A stretch of 58,165 nt of DNA from an uncultured Lutibacter sp. (GCA_964491495.1 CAZBGP010000001.1:7686-65850); one strand, 5' to 3'. Shown: positions 20,342 to 32,166, counted from the stretch's first letter. Made by a program: numbers and translations. The notes: a model not told the origin generated them from the letters alone.

Positions 20342-21046
20342 ATGAAAAAAGTATTTGTTGTAATTTTTCTGGTCATTTTTTCAATAAATAACTTGAAAGC
20401 CCAAAAAAGAGACATAGTTCAATACAAGCAAAATTGGGACAAGCAGCAAATATTTTGGGGATATTTTTTGGGGTTGAATATGAAAGATTACAAAATATCT
20501 TATAATGACAAGGTAAATACCAATGCTTTTATTGTTTCCACGCCAAGTATGGGTTTTGAAGTCGGTCTTATTGGTGATTTGCGATTGCATAATAATATCA
20601 GCTTAAGGATAGAGCCCGGACTTTCCAGCAATTCGAAAGAATTGGCGTTTACACATATTCCGGGAGGTCCAAAAGACAGTATTCGTTACGTGAATTCAAC
20701 CTATTTTAGAGTTCCGCTATTGCTGAAATTTAATACAAACAGGTTCGACAATATGCGGCCTTATGTTGTGGGAGGTGTTTCTTACGACTATAATTTTTCC
20801 AGCAATCAGGACAATCCTGCTGATAATTCCGATGGGGAATTCAGAACAAAAAAAAATAATTTTTCTTATGAATTGGGGGTTGGTGTAGATTTATATTTGC
20901 CCTATTTTATTTTTTCGCCTTCCATCAGAGGTGTTTTTGCCATTAATGACGAGTTGGTTAGGGATTTTGACCCAGACAGTCAATGGACGGGACAAGTTGA
21001 TTATTTTGGAACAAGGGGCGTTTTCATCAAACTTGCTTTTCATTAA
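20342..21046 (+). CDS. porT: Type IX secretion / gliding motility outer membrane protein PorT (SprT)
   Basis: Signal peptide, WGYFLGLN, GFEVGLIGDLRL, FSPSIRG; ubiE-porT-trmH-tamL gene order; start moved to MKKVF. Confidence 0.85.
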   Translation: MKKVFVVIFLVIFSINNLKAQKRDIVQYKQNWDKQQIFWGYFLGLNMKDYKISYNDKVNTNAFIVSTPSMGFEVGLIGDLRLHNNISLRIEPGLSSNSKELAFTHIPGGPKDSIRYVNSTYFRVPLLLKFNTNRFDNMRPYVVGGVSYDYNFSSNQDNPADNSDGEFRTKKNNFSYELGVGVDLYLPYFIFSPSIRGVFAINDELVRDFDPDSQWTGQVDYFGTRGVFIKLAFH

Positions 21047-21050
21047 ATGA

Positions 21051-21779
21051 TTAAGTCAGTCGCTTAAATTCACTCAACAAAATTGCCGCAGCTGTTGCTA
21101 CATTTAAACTTTCGGTTTGTTTTAACGCGCCAAACCTTGGTATTGAAATGGTATTGGTAATTAACTTTAAAATTGATTTTCGAATGCCGTTTGCTTCATT
21201 TCCCATAACCAATACTGCATTTTCAGGCAATGTACTTTTATACACATTTACACCATCCATCACGGCAGCATATTTTGGTAATTTGGAATTTTGTAAATAA
21301 TCTTCCAAATCCGTATAAATTATTGACACCCTCACTAAAGAACCCATAGATGATTGCACCACTTTTTGGTTATAGCAATCAACGGTGTTGGTAGCACAGA
21401 TTAATTGGTCTACCCCAAACCAATCACACAATCTAATAATCGCGCCTAAATTTCCCGGATCATTAATTTCATCCAAAGCAACGATTAAACCCGATTTTAT
21501 GGAAGGTGTTGCCGAAGGAATCTTAAAAAGTGCCAAAACATTGTTTGGAGTTACAAGCGTGCTTATTTTTTTTAATTCGGTTTCAGAAATTTCAGTAACT
21601 TTCTCTAAATTTTTATAAATGGCATTGTCAACACAAAATAAATGCTCCAATTCAAAATTTGAGTTTAAAAATTCGGCCACAATTTTAGTGCCTTCAGCAA
21701 CAAATAAATGTTGTGTGATCCGGTACTTTTTTTGATTAAGGCTCGTTATTGTTTTTAATTGATTTTTGCTTAAACTCAT
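21051..21779 (-). CDS. TrmH/SpoU-family RNA methyltransferase
   Basis: DPGNLGAIIR, VMGNEANG, ESLNVATA. Confidence 0.92.
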   Translation of the reverse strand: MSLSKNQLKTITSLNQKKYRITQHLFVAEGTKIVAEFLNSNFELEHLFCVDNAIYKNLEKVTEISETELKKISTLVTPNNVLALFKIPSATPSIKSGLIVALDEINDPGNLGAIIRLCDWFGVDQLICATNTVDCYNQKVVQSSMGSLVRVSIIYTDLEDYLQNSKLPKYAAVMDGVNVYKSTLPENAVLVMGNEANGIRKSILKLITNTISIPRFGALKQTESLNVATAAAILLSEFKRLT

Positions 21780-21857
21780 TGATTTATTTATAAAAAATTG
21801 TAATTTTTTTAACCGTTGAAAAGTTATACTTTTGAAACAAATTTAAACGCTTATTTA

Positions 21858-24335
21858 TTGAAAACCAATTTTATAATATTATTAATTTTCGCAGGTATAA
21901 TTTTTGGTTTTTCATCGTGTAATTCTGTGAAATATGTAGCAGAAAATGAATTTTTGCTCGTAAAGAATAAGGTAATTGTTAACGACAAAAAAAATTCCAG
22001 GAACGAAATAAACGATTATATTGTTCAGCGTCCCAATACTTTGGTTCTTGGCGTTGCAATACCATTGCATTTTTATAATTTAGGGAATAAAAATTTTGAA
22101 GCCGATTTTGATCAATGGAAATTGGACAGTCCGGGATGGTATAATTTTACAACGGGCGTATTTTCAGAAAAACAAGCACGTGGCGTTCGTAATTTCAAAT
22201 ATAAAATGCATCAATGGATTCTAAAAAATGGAGAGCCGCCTGTTATTTTAGATTCGAAAAAAACAACCCAGACTGTTAAAAATTTAACACAGCATTACTA
22301 CAACGAAGGTTTTTTTAAAGTGAAAGTAACTTCAGAAGAAAATCAGTTGAAAAACAAGAAAGCTTCTGTTGATTACTTTGTAAACACAGACAAACCTTAT
22401 AAATTAGACAGCATTACAACCGTTATACAATCGGCGGTTTTAGATTCAATTTATATGCTTTCTAAAGACGAATCGACAATTAAAGAAGGAGACCAGTTTA
22501 AATTGACATCCTTTGTTGCGGAACAAAACAGATTAACCAATTTATTTAGAAACACGGGGGTTTTTAGATTTAATAAAAATGCGATAACTTTTGAAGCGGA
22601 TACTTCAACCACCAATTATAAATCGGACGTGGTGTTGCTTATCGATAGCAAAATTGGGGATTTTCCATTTATCGTTCAGAAAATTCAGAAAGTTAATATT
22701 TATACTGATTATTCTTTTACCAACGACGCAAATAATGTTATCAAGGACAGCTTGGATTATAAGGGATTTAAGTTTTATGCACAGGAAAAATTAAGATACA
22801 ATCCGAAGTATTTGCTAAATTCCATTTTTATTGAACCAAATGATCTTTATAAGGATGATGCAAGAGAGTTGACCCGAAAAAATATCAGAGGCCTTCAAAA
22901 TTTCAGGACGATCGACATAAAATATGTTGAATTGGAAAATGAGATGTTGGAAGCTTCTATTTATTTATCGCCTTTAAAAAAGTATACAATTGAGGTTAAC
23001 ACTGAATTGACACATTCAAATATCAGACAGCTTGGGATTTCAGGGAAACTTTCATTTTTAGACAGAAATATTTTTAGGGGCGCGGAGTTGTTGAAATTTT
23101 CTATTCAAGGTTCCTTTTTAGATTCGAAAGATGCTGCCGAAAAAGGGCAATTATTGAATGCATGGGAAATAGGGGGCGATATTTCATTAGAACTTCCACG
23201 ATTTATATTTCCGGTTAAATTCGAAAAATTAATTCCTAAAAGCATGGCGCCAAAAACAATTTTTACATTGGGTACAAGTCTGCAAAAAAATATTGGGCTG
23301 GATAAACAAAAATTCACAGGAATTGTCGATTATACATGGGAATCATCAAAAACAAAGAATCATAGTTTTCAGCTGTTGAATGCACAATTTATCAAAAATT
23401 TAAATATTGATTCTTACTTCAATATTTACAAATCAGAATTCAATGAAATTCAGTTTATAGCCGATACGTATTTTGATGAAACGATTACCCCTGAAACCGC
23501 CATTGGATTTATAGATAACAGCATTGATGAGAATTTTGAGCAAAGCAATCCTACAGAATATAGAATTGTAAGAAATATCAGAAACCGTTACAATATCATT
23601 ACAGAAGATGTTTTGGTTCCTTTAATGGCTTATACGTTTACCTATAACAATAGCGAAAATTATAAAGACACCAATTTTTCATTTTTCAGGTCTCGATTGG
23701 CGGCATCTGGTAATTTAACCACGTTGTTAGCCCAAGAAAAAGATGCCAACAACACAAAAACACTTTTTAGCATTCCTATAGCACAATATGTGAGGGTCGA
23801 TTTGGAATACAAAAAATTCTGGGATTTTGTGGGGAACAATGTCCTGGTTTTTAGAAGTTTTTTAGGTGTGGCAATACCTTATGGTAATTCTAGTACCATA
23901 CCTTTTAGCCGAAGCTATTTTATTGGAGGCCCAAATGATTTACGCGCTTGGAAAATTTATGATTTAGGTCCGGGTTCTACAAAAAGCGGATTGGAATTTA
24001 ACGTTGGGAACTTAAAATTTATAAATAGTTTAGAATATAGATTCAATGTAATAAACAGCATAAACGGCGCTTTATTTATTGATGCGGGTAATATTTGGGA
24101 CATTTCAAACACTTCAATAACAGATCCGGAAGCTAAATTTAAAGGATTTAGTTCGATAAAGGATATTGCCATAGGATCTGGTTTTGGATTTCGATATGAT
24201 TTAAGTTTTATTTTATTGCGATTGGATTTAGGTTTTAAAACCTATGAACCCTATCTTCCAGAAGGAAATAAATGGTTTAAAAATTACAATTTAGGACATG
24301 CTGTTTATAATTTTGGAATAAGCTATCCTTTCTAA
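21858..24335 (+). CDS. tamL: Omp85-family lipoprotein TamL (POTRA domains + barrel)
   Basis: Lipobox FSSC, GGPNDLRAW, FIDAGNIW, C-terminal ISYPF; TTG start at 21858 preferred because TACTTTTG (21827-21834) lies inside the longer ORF call. Confidence 0.85.
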   Translation: MKTNFIILLIFAGIIFGFSSCNSVKYVAENEFLLVKNKVIVNDKKNSRNEINDYIVQRPNTLVLGVAIPLHFYNLGNKNFEADFDQWKLDSPGWYNFTTGVFSEKQARGVRNFKYKMHQWILKNGEPPVILDSKKTTQTVKNLTQHYYNEGFFKVKVTSEENQLKNKKASVDYFVNTDKPYKLDSITTVIQSAVLDSIYMLSKDESTIKEGDQFKLTSFVAEQNRLTNLFRNTGVFRFNKNAITFEADTSTTNYKSDVVLLIDSKIGDFPFIVQKIQKVNIYTDYSFTNDANNVIKDSLDYKGFKFYAQEKLRYNPKYLLNSIFIEPNDLYKDDARELTRKNIRGLQNFRTIDIKYVELENEMLEASIYLSPLKKYTIEVNTELTHSNIRQLGISGKLSFLDRNIFRGAELLKFSIQGSFLDSKDAAEKGQLLNAWEIGGDISLELPRFIFPVKFEKLIPKSMAPKTIFTLGTSLQKNIGLDKQKFTGIVDYTWESSKTKNHSFQLLNAQFIKNLNIDSYFNIYKSEFNEIQFIADTYFDETITPETAIGFIDNSIDENFEQSNPTEYRIVRNIRNRYNIITEDVLVPLMAYTFTYNNSENYKDTNFSFFRSRLAASGNLTTLLAQEKDANNTKTLFSIPIAQYVRVDLEYKKFWDFVGNNVLVFRSFLGVAIPYGNSSTIPFSRSYFIGGPNDLRAWKIYDLGPGSTKSGLEFNVGNLKFINSLEYRFNVINSINGALFIDAGNIWDISNTSITDPEAKFKGFSSIKDIAIGSGFGFRYDLSFILLRLDLGFKTYEPYLPEGNKWFKNYNLGHAVYNFGISYPF

Positions 24336-24449
24336 ACCCGAAATTAAAACTATTTCGTTTTCGTTTTTTTTTATGTTCTTATGATTATTTAAAAGGTATA
24401 ATTCATTAATTTTGCTACAATAATTTACAATAAATTTAGACAAAATATT

Positions 24450-25517
24450 ATGGCTCAAACAATTAAACCAGGAGTTGCTTCAGGAAAAACGGTACAGGAA
24501 ATTTTCAAGTTGGCAAAAGCCAAAAATTTTGCATTACCTGCAGTAAATGTGATAGGATCAAACACCATTAATGCTGTTTTAGAAACTGCAAAAGAGTTAA
24601 ATGCACCTGTTATTATTCAATTTTCAAATGGTGGCGCTCAATTTAATGCAGGAAAAGGATTGTCTAATGAAAATCAAAAAGCAGCCATTGCAGGTGCTAT
24701 CGCTGGTGCCAAACACATTCATTTGTTAGCGGCTGCCTACGAAATCCCTGTGATTTTACATACAGATCATTGTGCAAAATCTTTATTGCCTTGGATTGAT
24801 GGATTATTAGATGCCGGAGAACAGTTTTTTAAAGAAAACGGTGTGCCGCTTTTTAGCTCGCATATGTTAGATTTATCTGAAGAACCAATCGAAGAAAACA
24901 TTGAAATTTGCAAAACATACCTTCAGCGTATGAGCAAAATGGGAATGACTTTGGAAATTGAACTTGGAATAACCGGTGGCGAAGAAGATGGCGTTGACAA
25001 TTCTGATGTTGATTCTTCAAAATTATATACGCAACCTGTAGAAGTTGCCTATGCTTATGAAGAACTTAAAAAAGTGAGCGATTGTTTTACCATTGCAGCT
25101 TCTTTTGGAAATGTTCACGGAGTTTACAAACCAGGAAATGTTAAGTTAACACCAAAAATATTAGACAACTCTCAAAAATTTATTCAGAATAAATATAAAA
25201 CAGGCGTAAATCCAGTAGACTTCGTATTTCACGGCGGATCGGGTTCTACACTTCAAGAAATTAGAGAAGCAATTGGCTACGGCGTTGTTAAAATGAATAT
25301 CGATACCGATTTGCAATTTGCTTTTACTGAAGGAATTAGAGATTATATGGTTGACAATATCGATTATTTAAAAACACAAATTGGAAATCCGGACGGTGAT
25401 GACCAACCAAATAAAAAGTATTACGATCCTAGAAAATGGTTGCGTGAAGGTGAGGTTACTTTTAAAAATCGTTTAGTTCAAGCTTTTAAAGATTTAAACA
25501 ACGTTAACACATTATAA
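24450..25517 (+). CDS. fbaA: Class II fructose-bisphosphate aldolase
   Basis: LHTDHC, FGNVHGVYKPG, VFHGGSG, KMNIDTD; TAATTTTG element at 24407-24414. Confidence 0.97.
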   Translation: MAQTIKPGVASGKTVQEIFKLAKAKNFALPAVNVIGSNTINAVLETAKELNAPVIIQFSNGGAQFNAGKGLSNENQKAAIAGAIAGAKHIHLLAAAYEIPVILHTDHCAKSLLPWIDGLLDAGEQFFKENGVPLFSSHMLDLSEEPIEENIEICKTYLQRMSKMGMTLEIELGITGGEEDGVDNSDVDSSKLYTQPVEVAYAYEELKKVSDCFTIAASFGNVHGVYKPGNVKLTPKILDNSQKFIQNKYKTGVNPVDFVFHGGSGSTLQEIREAIGYGVVKMNIDTDLQFAFTEGIRDYMVDNIDYLKTQIGNPDGDDQPNKKYYDPRKWLREGEVTFKNRLVQAFKDLNNVNTL

Positions 25518-25542
25518 CATCTAGGGTTATAATTAAAATTTC

Positions 25543-25582
25543 ATAAAGAGAACATATTTTTATATGTTCTCTTTATTTTTTT
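25543..25582 (+). terminator. Intrinsic terminator after fbaA
   Basis: ATAAAGAGAACATA / TATGTTCTCTTTAT followed by a T tract. Confidence 0.7.
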
Positions 25583-25623
25583 TAGTAATTTGCACCACTT
25601 ATGCTCACTAAAACAACATAGTT

Positions 25624-26484
25624 ATGTCATCTTGGTTTAAAAGAAAAGATAAAGGAATTCAAACCCCTACAGAAGAAAAAAAGGATGTGCCGAAAGGTTT
25701 ATGGTATAAAACGCCAAGTGGAAAAATTGTTGATTCGGCCGAATTGAAGTATAATTATTATGTGAGTCCGGAAGATGGCTATCATGTTAGAATAGGAAGT
25801 GCTGAATATTTTGAAATTCTTTTTGACAACAATACCTTTAAGGAATTTGATAAAGATATGGTTTCCAAAGATCCGTTAAAATTTTCTGACAGCAGAAAAT
25901 ACACTGACAGGCTGGAAGAAGCTTATGAAAAAACAAAACTTAAAGATGCTGTAAGAACGGCGGTTGGGAAATCTTTAGGTAAGGATTTGGTTATTGCTGC
26001 CATGGATTTTGCTTTTATTGGCGGTTCTATGGGAAGTGTGGTAGGCGAAAAAATATCAAGAGCGATTGATTATTCTATAGAAAAAAAAGTTCCTTTTTTA
26101 ATGATCTCAAAATCTGGTGGCGCAAGAATGCAGGAAGCATCATTGTCTTTAATGCAACTGGTGAAAACATCGGCCAAATTAGCGCAGCTTGCAGAAGTAA
26201 ACATTCCTTATATTTCATTGTGCACCGATCCAACAACTGGTGGTACAACAGCTTCATATGCGATGCTTGGCGACATCAATATTGCCGAGCCAAATGCATT
26301 AATCGCTTTTGCCGGACCAAGAGTTGTGAAAGATACCACAGGTAAAGATCTGCCGGAAGGATTTCAACGTTCAGAATTTGTGATGGAACATGGATTTTTA
26401 GATAAAATTGTGGAGCGTAAGTACTTGAAAAAACAAATCAATTTATATATTGATTTAATTCAAAACTTACCAGTAAGAAAATAA
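25624..26484 (+). CDS. accD: Acetyl-CoA carboxylase carboxyltransferase beta subunit
   Basis: [32 protein letters not shown]. Confidence 0.97.
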   Translation: MSSWFKRKDKGIQTPTEEKKDVPKGLWYKTPSGKIVDSAELKYNYYVSPEDGYHVRIGSAEYFEILFDNNTFKEFDKDMVSKDPLKFSDSRKYTDRLEEAYEKTKLKDAVRTAVGKSLGKDLVIAAMDFAFIGGSMGSVVGEKISRAIDYSIEKKVPFLMISKSGGARMQEASLSLMQLVKTSAKLAQLAEVNIPYISLCTDPTTGGTTASYAMLGDINIAEPNALIAFAGPRVVKDTTGKDLPEGFQRSEFVMEHGFLDKIVERKYLKKQINLYIDLIQNLPVRK

Positions 26485-26502
26485 AAAAAAGCGAGCGTTA
26501 AA

Positions 26503-26555
26503 TAGACTGCACCCAAAAGTTTAGACAAATTTAGTATTATTTTGATTGATGACAT
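26503..26555 (-). mobile_element. Orphan IS3-family (IS150-like) terminal inverted repeat remnant
   Basis: TAGACTGCACCCAAAAGTTTAGACAAATTT resembles IS150/IS861-group ends as I recall them; no transposase and no partner end in the window. Confidence 0.55.
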
Positions 26556-26652
26556 TTCTTTTGCCGCCAGATAATTGTGTGACAAGGATTTAATCTTCCG
26601 TTAAAAATAAAATATCACTTCCTAATTTATTGTAAATCAATAATAATAATAG

Positions 26653-26720
26653 TATATTTGCCGACTGCAAGCCATAAGGTTTAGCAATACATAAAAATTA
26701 TTAATAAAATTAATGTTAGC
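26653..26720 (+). promoter_or_regulatory. rpsO promoter and candidate S15 autoregulatory leader
   Basis: TATATTTG (26653-26660) followed by hairpin TGC-AAGCC-ataa-GGTTT-a-GCA (26666-26686). Confidence 0.45.
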
Positions 26721-26990
26721 ATGTACTTAACTAAAGAGAAAAAAGAAGAAATTTTCGCAAAACACGGTGAATCAGCCACCAACACAGGTTCGTCTGAGGG
26801 GCAAATTGCCTTATTTACTTTTAGAATTAATCACTTAACAGAACACTTAAAAAGAAATCGTAAAGATTTTAACACAGAGCGTTCTTTGGTAAGATTGGTA
26901 GGTAAAAGAAGAAATTTACTTGATTATTTAATTAAAACTGATATTGTAAGATATCGTGAAGTAATTAAAGAATTAGGCATAAGAAAATAA
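26721..26990 (+). CDS. rpsO: 30S ribosomal protein S15
   Basis: NTGSSEGQIALFT, HLKRNRKD, LVGKRRNLLDYL. Confidence 0.98.
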   Translation: MYLTKEKKEEIFAKHGESATNTGSSEGQIALFTFRINHLTEHLKRNRKDFNTERSLVRLVGKRRNLLDYLIKTDIVRYREVIKELGIRK

Positions 26991-26993
26991 TTC

Positions 26994-27028
26994 AAAAAAA
27001 AAGAGGCTTATTTTGCCTCTTTTTTTTT
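26994..27028 (+). terminator. Intrinsic terminator between rpsO and pnp
   Basis: A-tract-GAGGC-ttatttt-GCCTC-T-tract. Confidence 0.75.
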
Positions 27029-27129
27029 AATGTATTTGAAAAATAAAAAAGCAACAAATTAAACTTTTCATTGGGCAACACACAACACAACAACACAAAC
27101 CAATTGTTTAATTAAATAAAAAATTATTT

Positions 27130-29355
27130 ATGGTACCTAAGGTATTTAGAGAAATTATTGATTTAGGAGATGGAAGAACCATTTCATTAGAAACCGGAAA
27201 ATTAGCAAAACAAGCTCACGGGTCTGTTGTTGTTCAAATGGGAAATGCCATGTTACTTTGTACTGTGGTTTCCTCTTACAAAGAAAGCACAATGGATTTC
27301 TTTCCATTGACTGTAGATTACAGAGAAAAATTTGCTGCTGCAGGTCGTTATCCTGGCGGATTTTTCAAAAGAGAAGCAAGACCAAGTGATGGTGAAGTTT
27401 TAACAATGCGAATAGTAGATCGTGTTTTACGTCCATTATTTCCATCTGATTATAAAACAGAAACTCAGGTTATGATTCAGTTGATGTCTCATGACGAAGA
27501 TGTAATGCCAGATGCTTTGGCCGGTTTGGCAGCATCTTGTGCCATTCAATTGTCGGATATTCCATTTGAATGCCCTATTTCTGAAGCACGTGTTGGAAGA
27601 ATTAACGGCGAGTTTGTTTTAAACCCAAGCCGCAGCCAATTGTTGGAATCTGATATCGATATGGTTATCGGTGCTTCTGCTGATTCTGTGATGATGGTTG
27701 AGGGAGAAATGAAAGAAATTTCAGAAGAAGAAATGGCAGATGCCATAAAATTCGCACACGATGCCATTAAAATTCAATGTGCCGCGCAGTTGCGTTTGGC
27801 TGAAGCTTTTGGTAAAAAACCAGCAAGAGAGTATGCACCTGCAAAAAGTGATGCAACAATTGCCTTAAAAGTGCGTGAAGCTTCTTATGATAAAATATAT
27901 GCCATTGCAAAAGGCGGACACGGAAAAAGAGAACGCGAAGAAGCTTTTTCAGCAGTAAGAGATGAAGTTTTGGCTTTGTTTTCTGAAGAAGAATTGGCAG
28001 AAAATTCAACGTTGATTAAAACCTACTATTCTAAAGTTGAAAAAGAAGCTGTAAGAGAATTAACACTTACAGAAGGAATTCGTTTAGACGGAAGAAAAAC
28101 AACTGATATTCGTCCAATTTGGTGCGAAGTTGACTATTTGCCATCTGTTCATGGTTCAGCAATCTTCACTCGTGGAGAAACTCAAGCGCTTGCAACCGTA
28201 ACTTTAGGAACTTCAAGAGAGTCAAATATGATAGATATGCCAACCCATCAAGGTGAGGAAAAATTCTATTTACATTATAACTTTCCTCCATTTTGTACTG
28301 GTGATGCTTACCCGTTAAGAGGAACTTCACGTAGAGAAATTGGTCATGGAAACTTGGCCCAACGTGCTTTAAAAGGAATGATTCCTGATGAATGTCCTTA
28401 TACCATAAGAATTGTATCTGAAGTATTAGAATCAAACGGTTCATCTTCAATGGCAACAGTTTGTGCCGGTACTATGGCTTTGATGGATGCAGGTATTCAA
28501 ATGAAAAAACCTGTTTCCGGTATCGCTATGGGATTGATTTCTGAAGGCGATCGTTATGCAGTTCTTTCTGATATCTTAGGTGATGAAGATCATTTAGGTG
28601 ATATGGACTTTAAAGTTACAGGAACAGTTGATGGTATTACTGCTTGTCAAATGGACATCAAGGTAAAAGGACTTCCTTATGAAATCTTGGTGAAAGCTTT
28701 AAAACAAGCACGTGATGGACGTTTACATATTTTAGGAATACTTAAAGAAGCAATTGCTGCTCCTAAACCGGAAGTGAAACCATATGCGCCAAAAATGATC
28801 ACCAGAAGAATCCCTAATGATTTTATTGGTGCTTTAATTGGACCAGGCGGAAAAGTAATTCAAGAATTGCAAAAAGCTACAGGTTGTACTATTGTTATCA
28901 ATGAAGATCCTTTAACAGGAGAAGGTATTGTTGAAATTTTAGGTACAAAACCTGCCGGAATTGAAGCAGTTTTAACAAAAATTGATTCTTTGCTTTTTAA
29001 ACCGCAAGTTGGTGGAGTTTACAAAGTAAAAGTGATAAAAATGCTAGATTTTGGTGCCGTTGTTGAATATCTTGACGCTCCTGGAAATGAAGTGTTATTG
29101 CATATTTCTGAATTGGCTTGGGAACGCACAGACAATGTCACTGATGTTATTAATATGGGTGATGTTTTTGATGTAAAATATTTTGGAAAAGATCCTAAAA
29201 CCCGTAAAGACAAAGTGTCCAGAAAAGCTATTTTGCCAAAACCGGAAGGCTTTGTGGAAAGACCGCCACGCGACAGCAGCAGAGACAGTAGAGGTGGAGA
29301 CAGAGACAACCGCGGTGGTGACAGAGACAGAAAACCTAGAGAAAGAAGAGATTAA
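27130..29355 (+). CDS. pnp: Polyribonucleotide nucleotidyltransferase
   Basis: [34 protein letters not shown] (IGPGGK) and S1 domains. Confidence 0.98.
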   Translation: MVPKVFREIIDLGDGRTISLETGKLAKQAHGSVVVQMGNAMLLCTVVSSYKESTMDFFPLTVDYREKFAAAGRYPGGFFKREARPSDGEVLTMRIVDRVLRPLFPSDYKTETQVMIQLMSHDEDVMPDALAGLAASCAIQLSDIPFECPISEARVGRINGEFVLNPSRSQLLESDIDMVIGASADSVMMVEGEMKEISEEEMADAIKFAHDAIKIQCAAQLRLAEAFGKKPAREYAPAKSDATIALKVREASYDKIYAIAKGGHGKREREEAFSAVRDEVLALFSEEELAENSTLIKTYYSKVEKEAVRELTLTEGIRLDGRKTTDIRPIWCEVDYLPSVHGSAIFTRGETQALATVTLGTSRESNMIDMPTHQGEEKFYLHYNFPPFCTGDAYPLRGTSRREIGHGNLAQRALKGMIPDECPYTIRIVSEVLESNGSSSMATVCAGTMALMDAGIQMKKPVSGIAMGLISEGDRYAVLSDILGDEDHLGDMDFKVTGTVDGITACQMDIKVKGLPYEILVKALKQARDGRLHILGILKEAIAAPKPEVKPYAPKMITRRIPNDFIGALIGPGGKVIQELQKATGCTIVINEDPLTGEGIVEILGTKPAGIEAVLTKIDSLLFKPQVGGVYKVKVIKMLDFGAVVEYLDAPGNEVLLHISELAWERTDNVTDVINMGDVFDVKYFGKDPKTRKDKVSRKAILPKPEGFVERPPRDSSRDSRGGDRDNRGGDRDRKPRERRD

Positions 29356-29383
29356 TTACCATCTTTTTTGAACTAAATATGAT

Positions 29384-29416
29384 AAAAAGGCTTCTCAATT
29401 TTTGGGAAGCCTTTTT
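29384..29416 (+). terminator. Intrinsic terminator after pnp
   Basis: AAAAAGGCTTCTCAA / TTGGGAAGCCTTTTT. Confidence 0.78.
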
Positions 29417-29580
29417 CCTTGGATTCGATATTGTTGTTATTGAAATAGACAAAAATATTTTTCGAGACGAATGAAAACAGCAGGAATTTTTTAGTACTTT
29501 AGACCACCGAAAATTTATCGGATGAATCATCTCAATAATTTAAGCAAATTATAATTTTTAAAATAACTAATAATTAAAAA

Positions 29581-29976
29581 ATGAAAAAATCAATTTTAAT
29601 ATTCGTGGCAATCTTTTCTTTCGCCATATTATTTACTGCGTGTAAGGAAACCAAAAAAGAAGAGGTTAAGGAAGAAGTAAAGATTGAAAGCCATGAAGGC
29701 CATGACCATGAAGAAGGAGAAATGACTTCTGGTGTTTATCAATGCCCTATGGATTGCGAAAAAGGAAAAAACTATGAAGTTGCAGGAACTTGTCCGGTTT
29801 GTAAAATGGATTTAAAAGAAATATCCAATGAAACTGCACATGTTGAAGGATGCAAATGTGTTGCTAGTGGAGCATGTAAATGTGAGACTGGAAAATGCAC
29901 CTGCAAGAAGGAAATGGTATCAAATGTAAGCGAAAAATCTAAGTGTGGATCTGGAAAATGCGCTTGTAATGCATAA
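29581..29976 (+). CDS. Lipoprotein with heavy-metal-binding domain and Cys-rich metallothionein-like tail
   Basis: Lipobox FTAC, HEGHDH linker, YQCPMDC...GTCPVCKMDL, and 9 Cys in the last 41 aa. Confidence 0.8.
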   Translation: MKKSILIFVAIFSFAILFTACKETKKEEVKEEVKIESHEGHDHEEGEMTSGVYQCPMDCEKGKNYEVAGTCPVCKMDLKEISNETAHVEGCKCVASGACKCETGKCTCKKEMVSNVSEKSKCGSGKCACNA

Positions 29977-29998
29977 ATCTATCTGCAAATAACTGCAT

Positions 29999-30033
29999 AA
30001 AAGAGCCGCTTAATTTTCATTAAGCGGCTTTTT
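29999..30033. terminator. Bidirectional terminator between the metal-binding lipoprotein gene and groEL
   Basis: AGCCGCTTAAT / ATTAAGCGGCT with A and T flanks. Confidence 0.8.
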
Positions 30034-30050
30034 ATTTGCGTTTATAAATT

Positions 30051-31685
<1,635 letters not shown>

Positions 31686-31725
31686 TTATATTTTTAAGTT
31701 ATAATTATAACCTTTTAACTATTTT

Positions 31726-32004
31726 TTAAACAATTGCCAAGATATCACTTTCTCTCATAATCAAATATTCTGCGCTATCTACCACAAGTTCGGTGCCTGC
31801 ATATTTGCCAAATAACACGGTATCACCAACTTTAACGGTCATAGGTTCATCTTTTAATCCGTTGCCAATTGCTATCACAGTTCCTTTTTGTTGTTTTTCT
31901 TTTGCTGAATCTGGAATTATTAGTCCGGAAGCAGTTGTTTTTTCAGCCGGTAGAGGTTTTACTAAAACCCGGTCTGCTAATGGTTTAATATTAATTTTAC
32001 TCAT
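31726..32004 (-). CDS. groS: Co-chaperonin GroES
   Basis: [32 protein letters not shown]. Confidence 0.98.
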   Translation of the reverse strand: MSKINIKPLADRVLVKPLPAEKTTASGLIIPDSAKEKQQKGTVIAIGNGLKDEPMTVKVGDTVLFGKYAGTELVVDSAEYLIMRESDILAIV

Positions 32005-32046
32005 TTTTAATAGATTTTAAAAATTATTAATTCTTCGGATAAAGGT

Positions 32047-32061
32047 TCCAAAATTGTGCCA
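32047..32061 (-). promoter_or_regulatory. Sigma-54-like promoter candidate for groESL
   Basis: TGGCACAATTTTGGA has a perfect -24 box and a variant -12 box (GG-N10-GA). Confidence 0.4.
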
Positions 32062-32109
32062 ATTCAATAAAACTGACAAATGTGTTTTTTAGGGGATATT
32101 TATGAAAAT

Positions 32110-32144
32110 AAAAATGCCAACGTGTCATTTACATTGGCATTTTT
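32110..32144 (-). terminator. Terminator after secG, overlapping a TGACA-N3-TGGCA box
   Basis: AAAAATGCCAA / TTGGCATTTTT inverted repeat; TGCCAacgTGTCA at 32115-32127. Confidence 0.65.
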
Positions 32145-32166
32145 AATAATAATATTTTTGTAAAAA

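Noticed and set aside
29270-29352. RGGDRD repeats at the end of pnp
   Set aside because: A low-complexity Arg/Asp/Gly tail is common on PNPase.
29460-29530. GACGAAT / GATGAAT direct repeats upstream of the metal-binding lipoprotein as a regulator site
   Set aside because: The repeats are short, imperfect and irregularly spaced; this cannot be supported without comparative data.
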